The notes below the pieces were generated by a model. That model had not been told where the DNA came from and did not search any database. It worked only from the letters and a program-made list of their open reading frames with translations. From Nitrosopumilaceae archaeon (GTDB taxonomy: Archaea > Thermoproteota > Nitrososphaeria > Nitrososphaerales > Nitrosopumilaceae): DNA of 64,000 bases. How positions within the stretch are numbered: position 1 is the stretch's first letter; every line of letters begins with the position of its first letter. Shown piece by piece: positions 26,019 through 35,261 of this stretch. A program made the position numbers and the translations under genes. The stretch spans positions 96,001 through 160,000 of the forward strand of contig CBDCCK010000002.1 of assembly GCA_965214835.1 (NCBI GenBank), in the 5' to 3' direction.

Positions 26019-27218
26019 TCACAAGTCACTTCCAAAGTCCGAGCTGTTACCCTTTAGTTCCTTTTTCGAGTTTCGCTTTCTGATTGCCGTTGTCGTGACG
26101 TCGCAAAAACCGTAATGCGACATCATGTCTGCATAAATCCTCTCGGTCGGAACTACGGTCCCGTAGAACGTGGAGTTTCCTATTATATAGTGGGCCCTGG
26201 CACCCGGCCTGAGTACGCGTCGCACGGACTCAAAATGCCTCGACATGTCGTCGCAGTACTTGCCCACGTAGTTTGACAGGACCTTCCCGCTGCGGTCGTT
26301 TCCTGCAATGCTGCGCAGTATCTTCCCGACATATTCAGGGATCCACGACCTTCCACCAGTCCAGCCTGCAAGCCTGCTGGTGGCAATTCCCCACGTCCCG
26401 CCGATGGTACGCCAGTCCATCTCGCCTGCATCGCGCCCGCTTGAAAGGTGGCCAAGCCAGTACATGAACGGACGCAGTTCGCGTATGTATGACATTCTGT
26501 TGGCGTACGGCGGGGACGTAATTATGACGTCAAACATGGATGCGGCGTCCGAAAACTCGCGGGAATCCCCGAGCATGACGCTTACCTTCCCGTATACCGG
26601 CCGTCCAGCGCCGGCGATGACAAAGTCCAGGTTACGCAGAAAGACATCCCTCATCCCGGCACTGGACTGCACGCTGTTCGGCGCGTCCTTGAACGACATG
26701 GACTGGTGGCCGAAATCGGCGCAGGAGAGCTGGATCAGCGTCCTGCAGAATGCGACGTAAAGCAGGTCAGACACGCCGCCCCCGGTCCGCATTATCCCGG
26801 TCTTGAGGCGCCTGATGAACATCTCGGCGTCACATGACCACCACCGGCGCATGTTGTGGATCGGGGGGGACGGCTCTGGCTGTACATGTGGCCCGTCTTC
26901 CAGGATGAGACGTCCAGCCCTTTTGGCGGATCTTATCGTGTCTGCACCGTAATGCCCCGTCTTTGCTCTGGCCAGCCACACCAGGAACGGGTTTACGTCT
27001 ATCGTGGTCGCATCATGACCCCGGTCTGCCGCACATAGTGCAGTAGTACCCACGCCGCAGAACGGATCAAGTATCAGACTGCCTGCAGGACACCGTGATA
27101 TGATCTCGTCGACGATCCTGACAGAATATGCCGGGGTAAGACGCAGCCATCCGTGTCTGCCTGCATCCGTGTTGAATTTGTAGGTATAGTCGCTTCTCTG
27201 CTCTAGCGCAGCCATCAC
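26019..27218 (-). CDS. N4C DNA methyltransferase (alpha arrangement)
   Basis: DPFCGVGTT precedes TSPPY. Confidence 0.85.
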   Translation of the reverse strand: MMAALEQRSDYTYKFNTDAGRHGWLRLTPAYSVRIVDEIISRCPAGSLILDPFCGVGTTALCAADRGHDATTIDVNPFLVWLARAKTGHYGADTIRSAKRAGRLILEDGPHVQPEPSPPIHNMRRWWSCDAEMFIRRLKTGIMRTGGGVSDLLYVAFCRTLIQLSCADFGHQSMSFKDAPNSVQSSAGMRDVFLRNLDFVIAGAGRPVYGKVSVMLGDSREFSDAASMFDVIITSPPYANRMSYIRELRPFMYWLGHLSSGRDAGEMDWRTIGGTWGIATSRLAGWTGGRSWIPEYVGKILRSIAGNDRSGKVLSNYVGKYCDDMSRHFESVRRVLRPGARAHYIIGNSTFYGTVVPTERIYADMMSHYGFCDVTTTAIRKRNSKKELKGNSSDFGSDL

Positions 27219-27383
27219 TTGTCCCTCCCCAGCAATCCCCTCAATACAGACCGCGTTCCGTCTCTCAGCGCGGATTGATTGCGCCTGAAGAACCCGGCCA
27301 GATCATACCCCGTAATGTGATGTATAAAGTCAAACGTGGATGATGTCGGCTCCTGTATCCCGGCTCCGGCAGTCCCGTCCGGC

Positions 27384-27659
27384 CTACGGCCTATCCCGCC
27401 CATCCCCCAGCCTGTCCCTGAGGATGTCACGAATTTCATCGAGGGTAGATGACATACGGTCCAGCTTGTCCAGCTTGGCATCGATACGGTCCAGCTTGTC
27501 CAGCTTGGCATCGATACGGTCCAGCTTGCCTCCAAGCAGCTCCTCGGTCTTTCTGATTCTCCTTTCGCTCAACCACAAGTTGATTCCAAATAACGGCAAA
27601 GCAAATAAAGCCGAAAAGAACAGCCACGTCCGGATGGCCTCGCCGTAGACGGCATGCAT
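27384..27659 (-). CDS. LDKLD heptad-repeat membrane protein (5'-truncated copy)
   Basis: HAVYGEAIRTWLFFSAL matches the middle of 63127..63555. Confidence 0.6.
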   Translation of the reverse strand: MHAVYGEAIRTWLFFSALFALPLFGINLWLSERRIRKTEELLGGKLDRIDAKLDKLDRIDAKLDKLDRMSSTLDEIRDILRDRLGDGRDRP

Positions 27660-27695
27660 GCCCCTCGCCCTGCCTGCCAGAGCACGGATTCACGT

Positions 27696-28154
27696 CTATT
27701 TCAGCTTGCCGCTTATCTCATTCAGCTTGCCGCTTATCTCATTCAGCTTGCCGTTCATCTCCCTGAGGGTGTCGCGCATCTCCTTGAGGGTCTCTGATAT
27801 GTCGTCCAGCTTGTCCAGCTTCTTGTCCATCGTCTCAAGCTTGTCCAGCTTGTCCAGCTTCTTGTCCATCGTCTCAAGCTTGTCCAGCTTCTTGTCTATT
27901 ACGTCCAGCTTGCCTCCAAGCAGCTCCTCGGTCTTTTTAATCCTCCTTTCGCCCAACAACAAGTTGAATATGAAAAGCGGCAAAGTAGATAAAGCCGAAA
28001 CTGGGGCCGCAATCTGCACTGCCCAGTCATATGCGGCCGCTATCTCCGGGAAGAATCTCACGACAATGGCGGTTCCTACCAGTGTGGAGATTGATCCTGC
28101 CAGGAATGCTCGCACTATTCTCAATGCAATATCCAGCCGATCGCGCTTGGCCAT
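27696..28154 (-). CDS. LDKLD heptad-repeat membrane protein
   Basis: Two TM helices plus LDKLETMDKKLDKLD repeats; TTAATT box about 24 nt upstream. Confidence 0.75.
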   Translation of the reverse strand: MAKRDRLDIALRIVRAFLAGSISTLVGTAIVVRFFPEIAAAYDWAVQIAAPVSALSTLPLFIFNLLLGERRIKKTEELLGGKLDVIDKKLDKLETMDKKLDKLDKLETMDKKLDKLDDISETLKEMRDTLREMNGKLNEISGKLNEISGKLK

Positions 28155-28354
28155 GACACATTGCCGGTATGGGAGCCAATTAAGGTGGCGATCACTGCCG
28201 GCCAGATTGCCACCTTGTTTCACATGTGCCTGCTGCGGCCTTCAAATCCGCGCGATGCCATCCGGCAGGGCGTGCAAGAGGACGGAAGTTCAAAAGAGCG
28301 CAGGTCGTACCATATACAAACCTCTGTTTAATAGCAAACGGCAGTAAATATGAC

Positions 28355-28468
28355 ATGTCGTTGACGGCAATGCATGGGGACATATCCACGCTTGCGATAG
28401 CTGCCGGCGTAGCCGCACTGCTGGCAGGTTACGCGGTTCACATACTTGGGATAGGCCCGCACAGCTGA
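28355..28468 (+). CDS. 37-aa single-TM peptide, copy 1
   Basis: MSLTAMHGDISTLAIAAGVAALLAGYAVHILGIGPHS; paralogue at 39675..39788; TTAATA box upstream. Confidence 0.6.
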   Translation: MSLTAMHGDISTLAIAAGVAALLAGYAVHILGIGPHS

Positions 28469-28537
28469 AGATGTCACACCAATGGAGGTGTCACGATATC
28501 CGGCATTCTGCTAGGGGCAATCCGGTCACCATCAAAG

Positions 28538-31324
28538 TCATGGGCATGATACAGTCGTGTTGTATGCCGATATCATACTGTTTATCTGCTCATGCTGTAC
28601 GGCATCGGCATCATCAAGCATCCGGCACACTTGGTCGGCATTTGCATTTGCAACAGCAAGTGACAGTTCTTGAATCGATGTCATTGCATGCCGAGCCGAG
28701 CCTTGAGACTCGTCAGACGCAGGAGGGGTGGTGCCAAGATAAAAGTTGTCAAAATATGCCTTTTGTCGCCAGTCGGCAATCCATGAATCAGTCAATCCAA
28801 GCCACACAGAAACGTCGTCATGTCCGGACACCGCATCAGTCACATTGGCACTGAATGACTGCCAACCGGTGTTAAACGTGCCGCCCCGGTTAAGCCATGT
28901 GGTGTATATGGAACTTCCATGAGAATCAAATATCTGCAGCATGGCATTAGTCACAGACGAAGAAGCAAAGTTGGAAGTGGCCTTGTAGTCAACTCCGATA
29001 AACAGGGAATCATCTTCATCCAGGTTGCGCAGATCAACAGTCTGTTTCATGCCGGCAGTGGCAACAAAACCGTCACCGCTGATGAGGCCCGAAGGTGCCG
29101 GATTGCCATCGTTCGAATCCAGCCCCAATACATACCGGTTATTGGAAGTGTCATAGTCAGACGAAGCAGTCCTGTGCAGGGTCCAGGAATCAACATCTGA
29201 ATAGTCATCAGTTATGGCCTCAAAAGATGGGGTGGGCTCGGTTGCAACCCTGACAAAGTTAGACTGATCAGACAGTCCAGCGCTGTTGATTGCCTTTACC
29301 CTGTACACGTATATGGCATCTGCAAGTACGTTCACATCAACAAATGTGGTGTCGGTGTTTTGCGTGTTTTCAACATAAACGGAGAGGGCAGCCTGTGCCG
29401 GTACGGCCCGCTTGAGTATCTGATATCCTGAAACATCTCCATCAGGCGCATCCCAGCTGAGTGTCACCGAATTGTGAGATGAGACGGCTTTAAGGTTCTG
29501 GGGTGCATCAGGTATGGTGGTAGCACTGGCAGGCAAAGTCATGACACGAATGAACGCAGAGCGGGGCGAATCGCCAAAATCATTTGACGCAACCACACGA
29601 TAGACGTATTCCGTGTCTGAATTTACGTTTCCATCAACGTAGGAGGGAGCAGAAACAGTGTCAATGACGGCAAGATCAGGGGTTCCAACCAGCTTTCTCA
29701 AGACATCATACGAGGTGGCTGACTCGGATGGAGACCAGCGCAAATTCACGGAATCAAAAGCTACAGATTCTGCACGCAGGTCAAGGGGAGCATCAGGTGC
29801 GGCAGGCTGCACAGAAACGACAACATCAAAGCCCACGCTGGCAGAGTTGTCATGATCGTCAGTTGCAGTACAGGTGACAGTGGTGGTACCGACAGGGAAC
29901 ACAGAGTTTGGTGCCGGAATGCAGGACACGTCGACATCATCATCTGTAAGATCCGTGGCAGCCGGAATGGCATAGTCGACTGCAAGAGAGCCGGACTCGG
30001 TCATAACAGATACATCATCAGGCGTAGAGTCAAATACAGGGGGTGTCGTATCTTGGACCGTGATTATCTGGGAATCAGTTGCAGAATTTCCAGAGGCATC
30101 AGTTGCAGTCCACGTGACCGTGATGGTGCCAAGCGGGAAGGATGCGGGGGCATCATTGGTTATGGTCGGAGATAAATCCTGATTGTCATCTGCGGTGGCA
30201 GTACCAAGGGATACCTGTGTAAGTGTGTCTGAGGCCTCAACTGTAATGTCATCAGGCGCAGTAATGGTTGGCGGAGTACTGTCGATACCGGAAGAATATT
30301 GCAGGGTAATGACGCCGTTGTCTGAGAATTCGCCGTCAGATACGGAATAGGTAATGGAATCAGTATCAGTCAGGCTGACAGGCGTGTAAACCAGCTGTGA
30401 GGACTCGGGGCCCTGATTCGGGATTTCCTGGGCCCTGTTGTTGTGATCCAGGGTACCGTATGTCGGGAAGCTGATCAGGTTGAACTCGATGTGCTGGCGG
30501 TTGGGCTGGGCCACCTCCAAAGGTATGGTTACAGGCTGGTCTTGGACCTGAACCGTCTTGTCAACTGCGACAGGGGCCGTATTCTGGGAAGGCAGGTCGT
30601 CACAATCCAACTCCGTCACGATTCCTGCAACAAACGTATTGTGAGAACCGCATTTTGTCAGCTTGTAGCCCTGGGACGTCGAAATACGGGTATTGTCCAA
30701 TCTGTTATCAGACCATTCCCCGTCTTGCAGTTTTTCTGAATCTGCGAATTTGGCAACCCCGATGGAAGAGTACTGGTCAGACCGCAGTGTTCCTTCCAGA
30801 CCAGATTGGATGTCATTTCCCTTGTCACCAAACATATCAAAACTGGCTATTGGAAGGGAGGAATACTCGTGTAGGTACAGCAGCCAATTGTGGTCTTGCG
30901 TGCCGCGTCTAATCTCAAAATTCAACGTGTCGCCAACATCAAAGTCATGTGAAATGGTATATTCAGAATATTGTGTAGTCATTTCCATCATATAATAATA
31001 ATTAAAACCATAATACACGCGTTCATCTGAAATACAGACATCTCCGGTTCCATCACCGTCTGAATCTTGCAAGCCGCCTTGTGTAACTCCCAATTCAATC
31101 CATTCGTTTTTAGGTAAGATAATCCATTGCGTAGCCACTGCAACATTAGTCAGACAGTCATCTGATTTGATAAACATGTCAGGCACATGGAGTTGATATT
31201 TTATTCCCTGATAAGAAGCAGGAACATCTGATTGGCTTACTTGGGCATAACAATGAGGAGACACACAAAGAGACGCATCTGCATATTGCAATCCTACAAG
31301 AGTGGAGGAAACCACAAACATCAA
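28538..31324 (-). CDS. Large secreted/surface protein with HYR and FN3 domains
   Basis: DSTPPTITAPDDITVEA...ATDASGN (HYR-like, twice) and PDAPxxL...W...Y.YRV.A.N..G.S (FN3, twice). Confidence 0.85.
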   Translation of the reverse strand: MMFVVSSTLVGLQYADASLCVSPHCYAQVSQSDVPASYQGIKYQLHVPDMFIKSDDCLTNVAVATQWIILPKNEWIELGVTQGGLQDSDGDGTGDVCISDERVYYGFNYYYMMEMTTQYSEYTISHDFDVGDTLNFEIRRGTQDHNWLLYLHEYSSLPIASFDMFGDKGNDIQSGLEGTLRSDQYSSIGVAKFADSEKLQDGEWSDNRLDNTRISTSQGYKLTKCGSHNTFVAGIVTELDCDDLPSQNTAPVAVDKTVQVQDQPVTIPLEVAQPNRQHIEFNLISFPTYGTLDHNNRAQEIPNQGPESSQLVYTPVSLTDTDSITYSVSDGEFSDNGVITLQYSSGIDSTPPTITAPDDITVEASDTLTQVSLGTATADDNQDLSPTITNDAPASFPLGTITVTWTATDASGNSATDSQIITVQDTTPPVFDSTPDDVSVMTESGSLAVDYAIPAATDLTDDDVDVSCIPAPNSVFPVGTTTVTCTATDDHDNSASVGFDVVVSVQPAAPDAPLDLRAESVAFDSVNLRWSPSESATSYDVLRKLVGTPDLAVIDTVSAPSYVDGNVNSDTEYVYRVVASNDFGDSPRSAFIRVMTLPASATTIPDAPQNLKAVSSHNSVTLSWDAPDGDVSGYQILKRAVPAQAALSVYVENTQNTDTTFVDVNVLADAIYVYRVKAINSAGLSDQSNFVRVATEPTPSFEAITDDYSDVDSWTLHRTASSDYDTSNNRYVLGLDSNDGNPAPSGLISGDGFVATAGMKQTVDLRNLDEDDSLFIGVDYKATSNFASSSVTNAMLQIFDSHGSSIYTTWLNRGGTFNTGWQSFSANVTDAVSGHDDVSVWLGLTDSWIADWRQKAYFDNFYLGTTPPASDESQGSARHAMTSIQELSLAVANANADQVCRMLDDADAVQHEQINSMISAYNTTVSCP

Positions 31325-31343
31325 TGAAAAAATGAAAAAGAGA

Positions 31344-32240
31344 TCATTCAGGTATGATCACACCTTGAATCGAATTGGCAATTTTTATGCCCTCGTCATA
31401 AGGCAGGGCTTCACTTTTATAGCCCAAATCAACATAATATGTTTCAAAGTGCAATTTGGTATGGAATCCAAGGTATTCGTTATCAGGTTTCTTCATACCG
31501 AAATAACCATTTGTCTGATTTACAACCGTATCTGAGATAGTTTGTTCAGAATAATTGCCTGGCAAGCGATACAGAAGAGAACGCATTTCATCATATGTCA
31601 GATGAGAAGTCGCCGTGGAATCATGAGGGGATACATAATAAATTATCCCTCCGGTGTTTCTAACATCATTTTCAGTGGTTGAATTTGTATAAACAAATGA
31701 CACGGGTACAAAGTGCATGATCAATCCGTGCTTGGTAGAATTGGCAGAGGTATGCCAGCCATGTACGGAATAACCAAGCTTGTATCCCGTTGGAACATAG
31801 TCAGGTACCCAGTCAGTCACCACAAACTCGTCAGAGGTTGTATGTCTGGCTGACAGCTGTGATATCTGCTTGGCAGTCTGCAGTTCCTTTAGTGTCTGGG
31901 TCATGATTTCGTGCGGGTTTGAAAAGTTCTTTTGCAGTATTGGTATGTCAATCGGCCCTCTTCGAAGAACAGTAGACTCTTCCCTTTGTATCTGCAACGG
32001 GTTTGCAATGGCAAAGCCGGATTTTTTCTCCAGTCGCTCAACTGAGCTCCAGTTCACACAGACAGGCGTCCCCCTGTTGGTCTCCATCAGTATTTTGGAA
32101 TCCCTGCACTGTATCTCCTGCAGCGGCGTTCCGTTTTGAAATTGCGTGTGAGGAGCGTCAGTCTCTGCAAGTGCATGAATCGTGATTGATCCGACTGCCA
32201 AAACCGCTGCCAGCCCCAGCATTGCCACTACGGTCATCAT
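31344..32240 (-). CDS. Secreted protein with a Nitrosopumilaceae-type Cys-pair N-terminal module
   Basis: Signal peptide; QFQNGTPLQEIQC...GTPVCV motif. Confidence 0.7.
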   Translation of the reverse strand: MMTVVAMLGLAAVLAVGSITIHALAETDAPHTQFQNGTPLQEIQCRDSKILMETNRGTPVCVNWSSVERLEKKSGFAIANPLQIQREESTVLRRGPIDIPILQKNFSNPHEIMTQTLKELQTAKQISQLSARHTTSDEFVVTDWVPDYVPTGYKLGYSVHGWHTSANSTKHGLIMHFVPVSFVYTNSTTENDVRNTGGIIYYVSPHDSTATSHLTYDEMRSLLYRLPGNYSEQTISDTVVNQTNGYFGMKKPDNEYLGFHTKLHFETYYVDLGYKSEALPYDEGIKIANSIQGVIIPE

Positions 32241-32553
32241 ATTTCATGCAAAATCAAGCCTATTAAGGGAACTGTCAAGTCAACGGGCGGAATTTGGCTG
32301 TCAGAAAACTTCCGCAAAGCGTCCTGACATTGCGCCCTGCAGGGGATTCGTAACCTGCCGAGGAGATCCCCCGGCATTCCGCCGAGTCCCTGAAGTCAAA
32401 GTACCGGACGTCGATTGCGGCCGCCGAGTACTGCAACGGGGCCTGCCAGGTAACCGATGATGCCGACATCCGGCTGTCTGCCGCAGAGATACCGGATGCC
32501 TCCAGGGGAATGCTGCGCGTAATCCGTGCGCCGGCCGTCATTTGACATGCATG

Positions 32554-32799
32554 CTATGAGGCAGGCGCATTCCTGCTGCCGTGAACCTGGGTGCCGAGCC
32601 ACACGCCTGCCTTTGGTATGTACTGCACTACCGGCGAGCTCCCACACCTGTCGTATACGGCCACCACCTTGCTGATGTTCTTCTCAGTCCTGGAATGGTG
32701 GACCACCATGTCATTTACGACGACTATCCAGTGACCTGCGTATCTCCTCCTGTCCTCCTCGCTCATGTTGTCGATGTACTTCCTGCTAGGGACTTTCAT
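32554..32799 (-). CDS. DUF5678-like small protein
   Basis: RYAGHWIVVVNDMVV pattern. Confidence 0.55.
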   Translation of the reverse strand: MKVPSRKYIDNMSEEDRRRYAGHWIVVVNDMVVHHSRTEKNISKVVAVYDRCGSSPVVQYIPKAGVWLGTQVHGSRNAPAS

Positions 32800-33050
32800 G
32801 ACCGCACATCAATGCGGGTTTGGTATTTAAAATTCACTTGGGTGCCTGTATTGCACGGCCTGTGGGGGTCGGGTCTCTTGGCGTAGATCCACGCCCTCTC
32901 CCCGCCATTCAATGTGACTGTAACCCTGGAGTAGGCATCCGTCTCCCATTTGTCAGGTGCGGCAGTCCCCCAGCCTTGTGAAGCCCCGCGCACAGTACCC
33001 GGAAGCCGCCAACTTAGAACCGACCGGCCATGAAAAATCAGATCATGCAT
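32796..33050 (-). pseudogene. Gamma-glutamylcyclotransferase/AIG2-like remnant
   Basis: TVRG...DKWETDAYSRVTVTL...AWIY is the C-terminal half of the fold; the N-terminal YG motif is missing. Confidence 0.4.
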
Positions 33051-33871
33051 TCGCTGCCGCAGGGGCTATCGACCCGGACGGACGGCAGTCCCTTCCCGCC
33101 CTTCATGATCCTGCCAAGCTCCCTCAGTGTGTAGCCCTTTGGCGCCAGGTGCTGCCTTCCAAAGTGCTTCCCGCCCTCCTCGAGCTCCACGGCCTGCCTG
33201 TACAGATCCGGGTGGTTTTCATGGATCTCGGCCCACCTTTCCATGCTGTTGAACGGGCACATCGTGCATCCGCTCTTTACGGGAACCGCAAGTCCGGCAT
33301 CCCCTATCAGATCGATGCATCCCCTCCTGTCAATCCGCGAGTCAACCAGGGGATACAGGTTGGTTATCCAGTCCTCCCCCGACGGTTTCATCCTGCGGAC
33401 CTCGCCATAGTCTATCCCCATGTACTGGTATACGTGTGATTTCAGCGCGCGATAAAACGCGTGAATCGGGGTCACCTTCATGTCGCGCGTGCACCAGCGC
33501 CAGACCTGCGACGGAATAACCCTTCGCTTCTGGCACCGGTCTGACAGCGAGGTCTTGTTTCTGGTGCTGACAATTTCAAACGGTATGTCCCTCCTTTGTA
33601 GATATCCCTTCATCACCTTCAGGTACCCGTATGTCTCAGGCATCTCGTTGCCGGTATCAGAAAAGACCACATAGTCCAGGGGAAGCCCGTTGTTTACCAG
33701 GTGGATGATCATGGCAGTGGAATTGACTCCTCCACCATAGCTTGCCACGTATCTTGCATCGGACTCACGCTCCATTCCGACGGTGCTGAGGATCCTTTTC
33801 TGGATCACAGTCTGCCGTTCAGGGTTTAGCTTGCCTGCTCTTCTGCCTTTATGCATTCTATCCAGAATCAA
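33038..33871 (-). CDS. PAPS-reductase-family (PP-loop) protein
   Basis: SYGGGVNSTAM, SDTGNEMPETY, WCTRDMK, SGCTMCPF. Confidence 0.85.
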   Translation of the reverse strand: MILDRMHKGRRAGKLNPERQTVIQKRILSTVGMERESDARYVASYGGGVNSTAMIIHLVNNGLPLDYVVFSDTGNEMPETYGYLKVMKGYLQRRDIPFEIVSTRNKTSLSDRCQKRRVIPSQVWRWCTRDMKVTPIHAFYRALKSHVYQYMGIDYGEVRRMKPSGEDWITNLYPLVDSRIDRRGCIDLIGDAGLAVPVKSGCTMCPFNSMERWAEIHENHPDLYRQAVELEEGGKHFGRQHLAPKGYTLRELGRIMKGGKGLPSVRVDSPCGSECMI

Positions 33872-34076
33872 TAATTTTTGCTTAAAAACCGGGTTTTCTT
33901 ACGCAGAAATTTTGAATCGATTGGCAGACATGGCGTCATAACAGGCAGGGCTCTGGAAGTTAAGGCGTGAGTCTTGTCAAAGGCACCGCTCAAACATAAT
34001 TTGCGCCTAAAATGGCAGGTCATTTCCAGAACCATACTGCTGCCATCATCAGTACAGAAGAAACAACATCCTTATC

Positions 34077-35261
34077 ATGTGTCATGCTGATCGTGATTAT
34101 ATGGGCGTGGATGCATGGCATGAGAGGATGGCAGAATGGCTGGGGATGAATCCTGCCCATAGGCCAAACCGCCTCGTCTGCGTGCTTGAGGACGGCGGCG
34201 GGGATGACGGTATACATGAGGACGCCAGGCGTCTGGGGGTCATGGCGTGTGATGTAGGTGACGAGAGATGGATGATGGCGCCGTCCTCACCTGCCGTCAT
34301 AACGGGCACGCATGATGAGATCTTCTCTAGGGCCCTCAACAGGGGATACGGGGTGCGAGCAGACATGTGGAACATGCAGTTCGGACTGCTCAACAATGAC
34401 TGCCTGTGGGTTGACGGGACGGACAGCGGGCTGCACGCAGCCCTGTCTGATCTGCGCAGCAGGCTTCCCACGTTTCGCACGCCGGAAACTGTAGATCCGT
34501 CACAGTGTCATACCCAAGACATTCCGATTCACGGGCTGTTCGGCACCGGTAACATGTCTGACATAGCCAGGTTCATGCCAAAAGACATGATAGATCAGGA
34601 CGGGTCAATCATTTTAGGTGATATATCTGACATAGCCAGGTTCATGCGGAGACCGGTGGACGGCTGGGAAGGGATACGACCGCCGGCAGGAAGACATCTT
34701 GGAACGCAATGGATTACCCTTGCCGAACACCTCTCCATGACAGAGCGTCTGATATCAGACGTGTGTCCTGCAGGCGTGCCGGACATTGGCTCTCTGAGGA
34801 CTGCTGCCAGGTACCACGACTACGGCAAGGCGCATCCGGAGTTTCAGCGGTGGCTCTTGCAGGGGCTCCCACAAAACGAACATGAGTCAAGGGCGGCCAC
34901 GGCATGGGCAAAGAGAAGACCAAAGGCGGCACTTGGCAGGATAGATTACAGTCACGAGATTGCAGGAGCGGGTGCTCTTCTGCGGCTCCACCCAGGGGAT
35001 CATCTGGCCGCATACCTCGTCATGTCGCACCACGGCAGGTTCAGATCAGACATACCGGATACCACAGGCAGTCTTCCAAGAACGGATCTGGGTGACGGGA
35101 TGGTGGCCGACGAGGTATCATTTATGGTGACATCAGAAGGATGGAGAAAGACATTCGGTGGACTCTACAGGAGGTACGGACCGTTCCTTTTGTCATATTA
35201 CGAGGCGCTGTTGCGCACAGCAGACATGATTGCAAGTGATTCGGATGAGCGCAGACAGTGA
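34077..35261 (+). CDS. cas3: Internally deleted type I-G (I-U) Cas3: helicase remnant plus C-terminal HD nuclease
   Basis: PAVITGT..SRALNRGYG..GLLNND is the I-G Cas3 signature but DEAH is lost; HD domain EHL..HDYGK..HE..HHG..LRTAD is intact. Confidence 0.75.
   Translation: MCHADRDYMGVDAWHERMAEWLGMNPAHRPNRLVCVLEDGGGDDGIHEDARRLGVMACDVGDERWMMAPSSPAVITGTHDEIFSRALNRGYGVRADMWNMQFGLLNNDCLWVDGTDSGLHAALSDLRSRLPTFRTPETVDPSQCHTQDIPIHGLFGTGNMSDIARFMPKDMIDQDGSIILGDISDIARFMRRPVDGWEGIRPPAGRHLGTQWITLAEHLSMTERLISDVCPAGVPDIGSLRTAARYHDYGKAHPEFQRWLLQGLPQNEHESRAATAWAKRRPKAALGRIDYSHEIAGAGALLRLHPGDHLAAYLVMSHHGRFRSDIPDTTGSLPRTDLGDGMVADEVSFMVTSEGWRKTFGGLYRRYGPFLLSYYEALLRTADMIASDSDERRQ

Noticed and set aside
27658-28347. 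Plus-strand Ser/Leu-rich ORFs opposite the LDKLD genes (also 15259, 16197, 61527, 62800)
   Set aside because: They are antisense shadows of heptad-repeat coding sequence.
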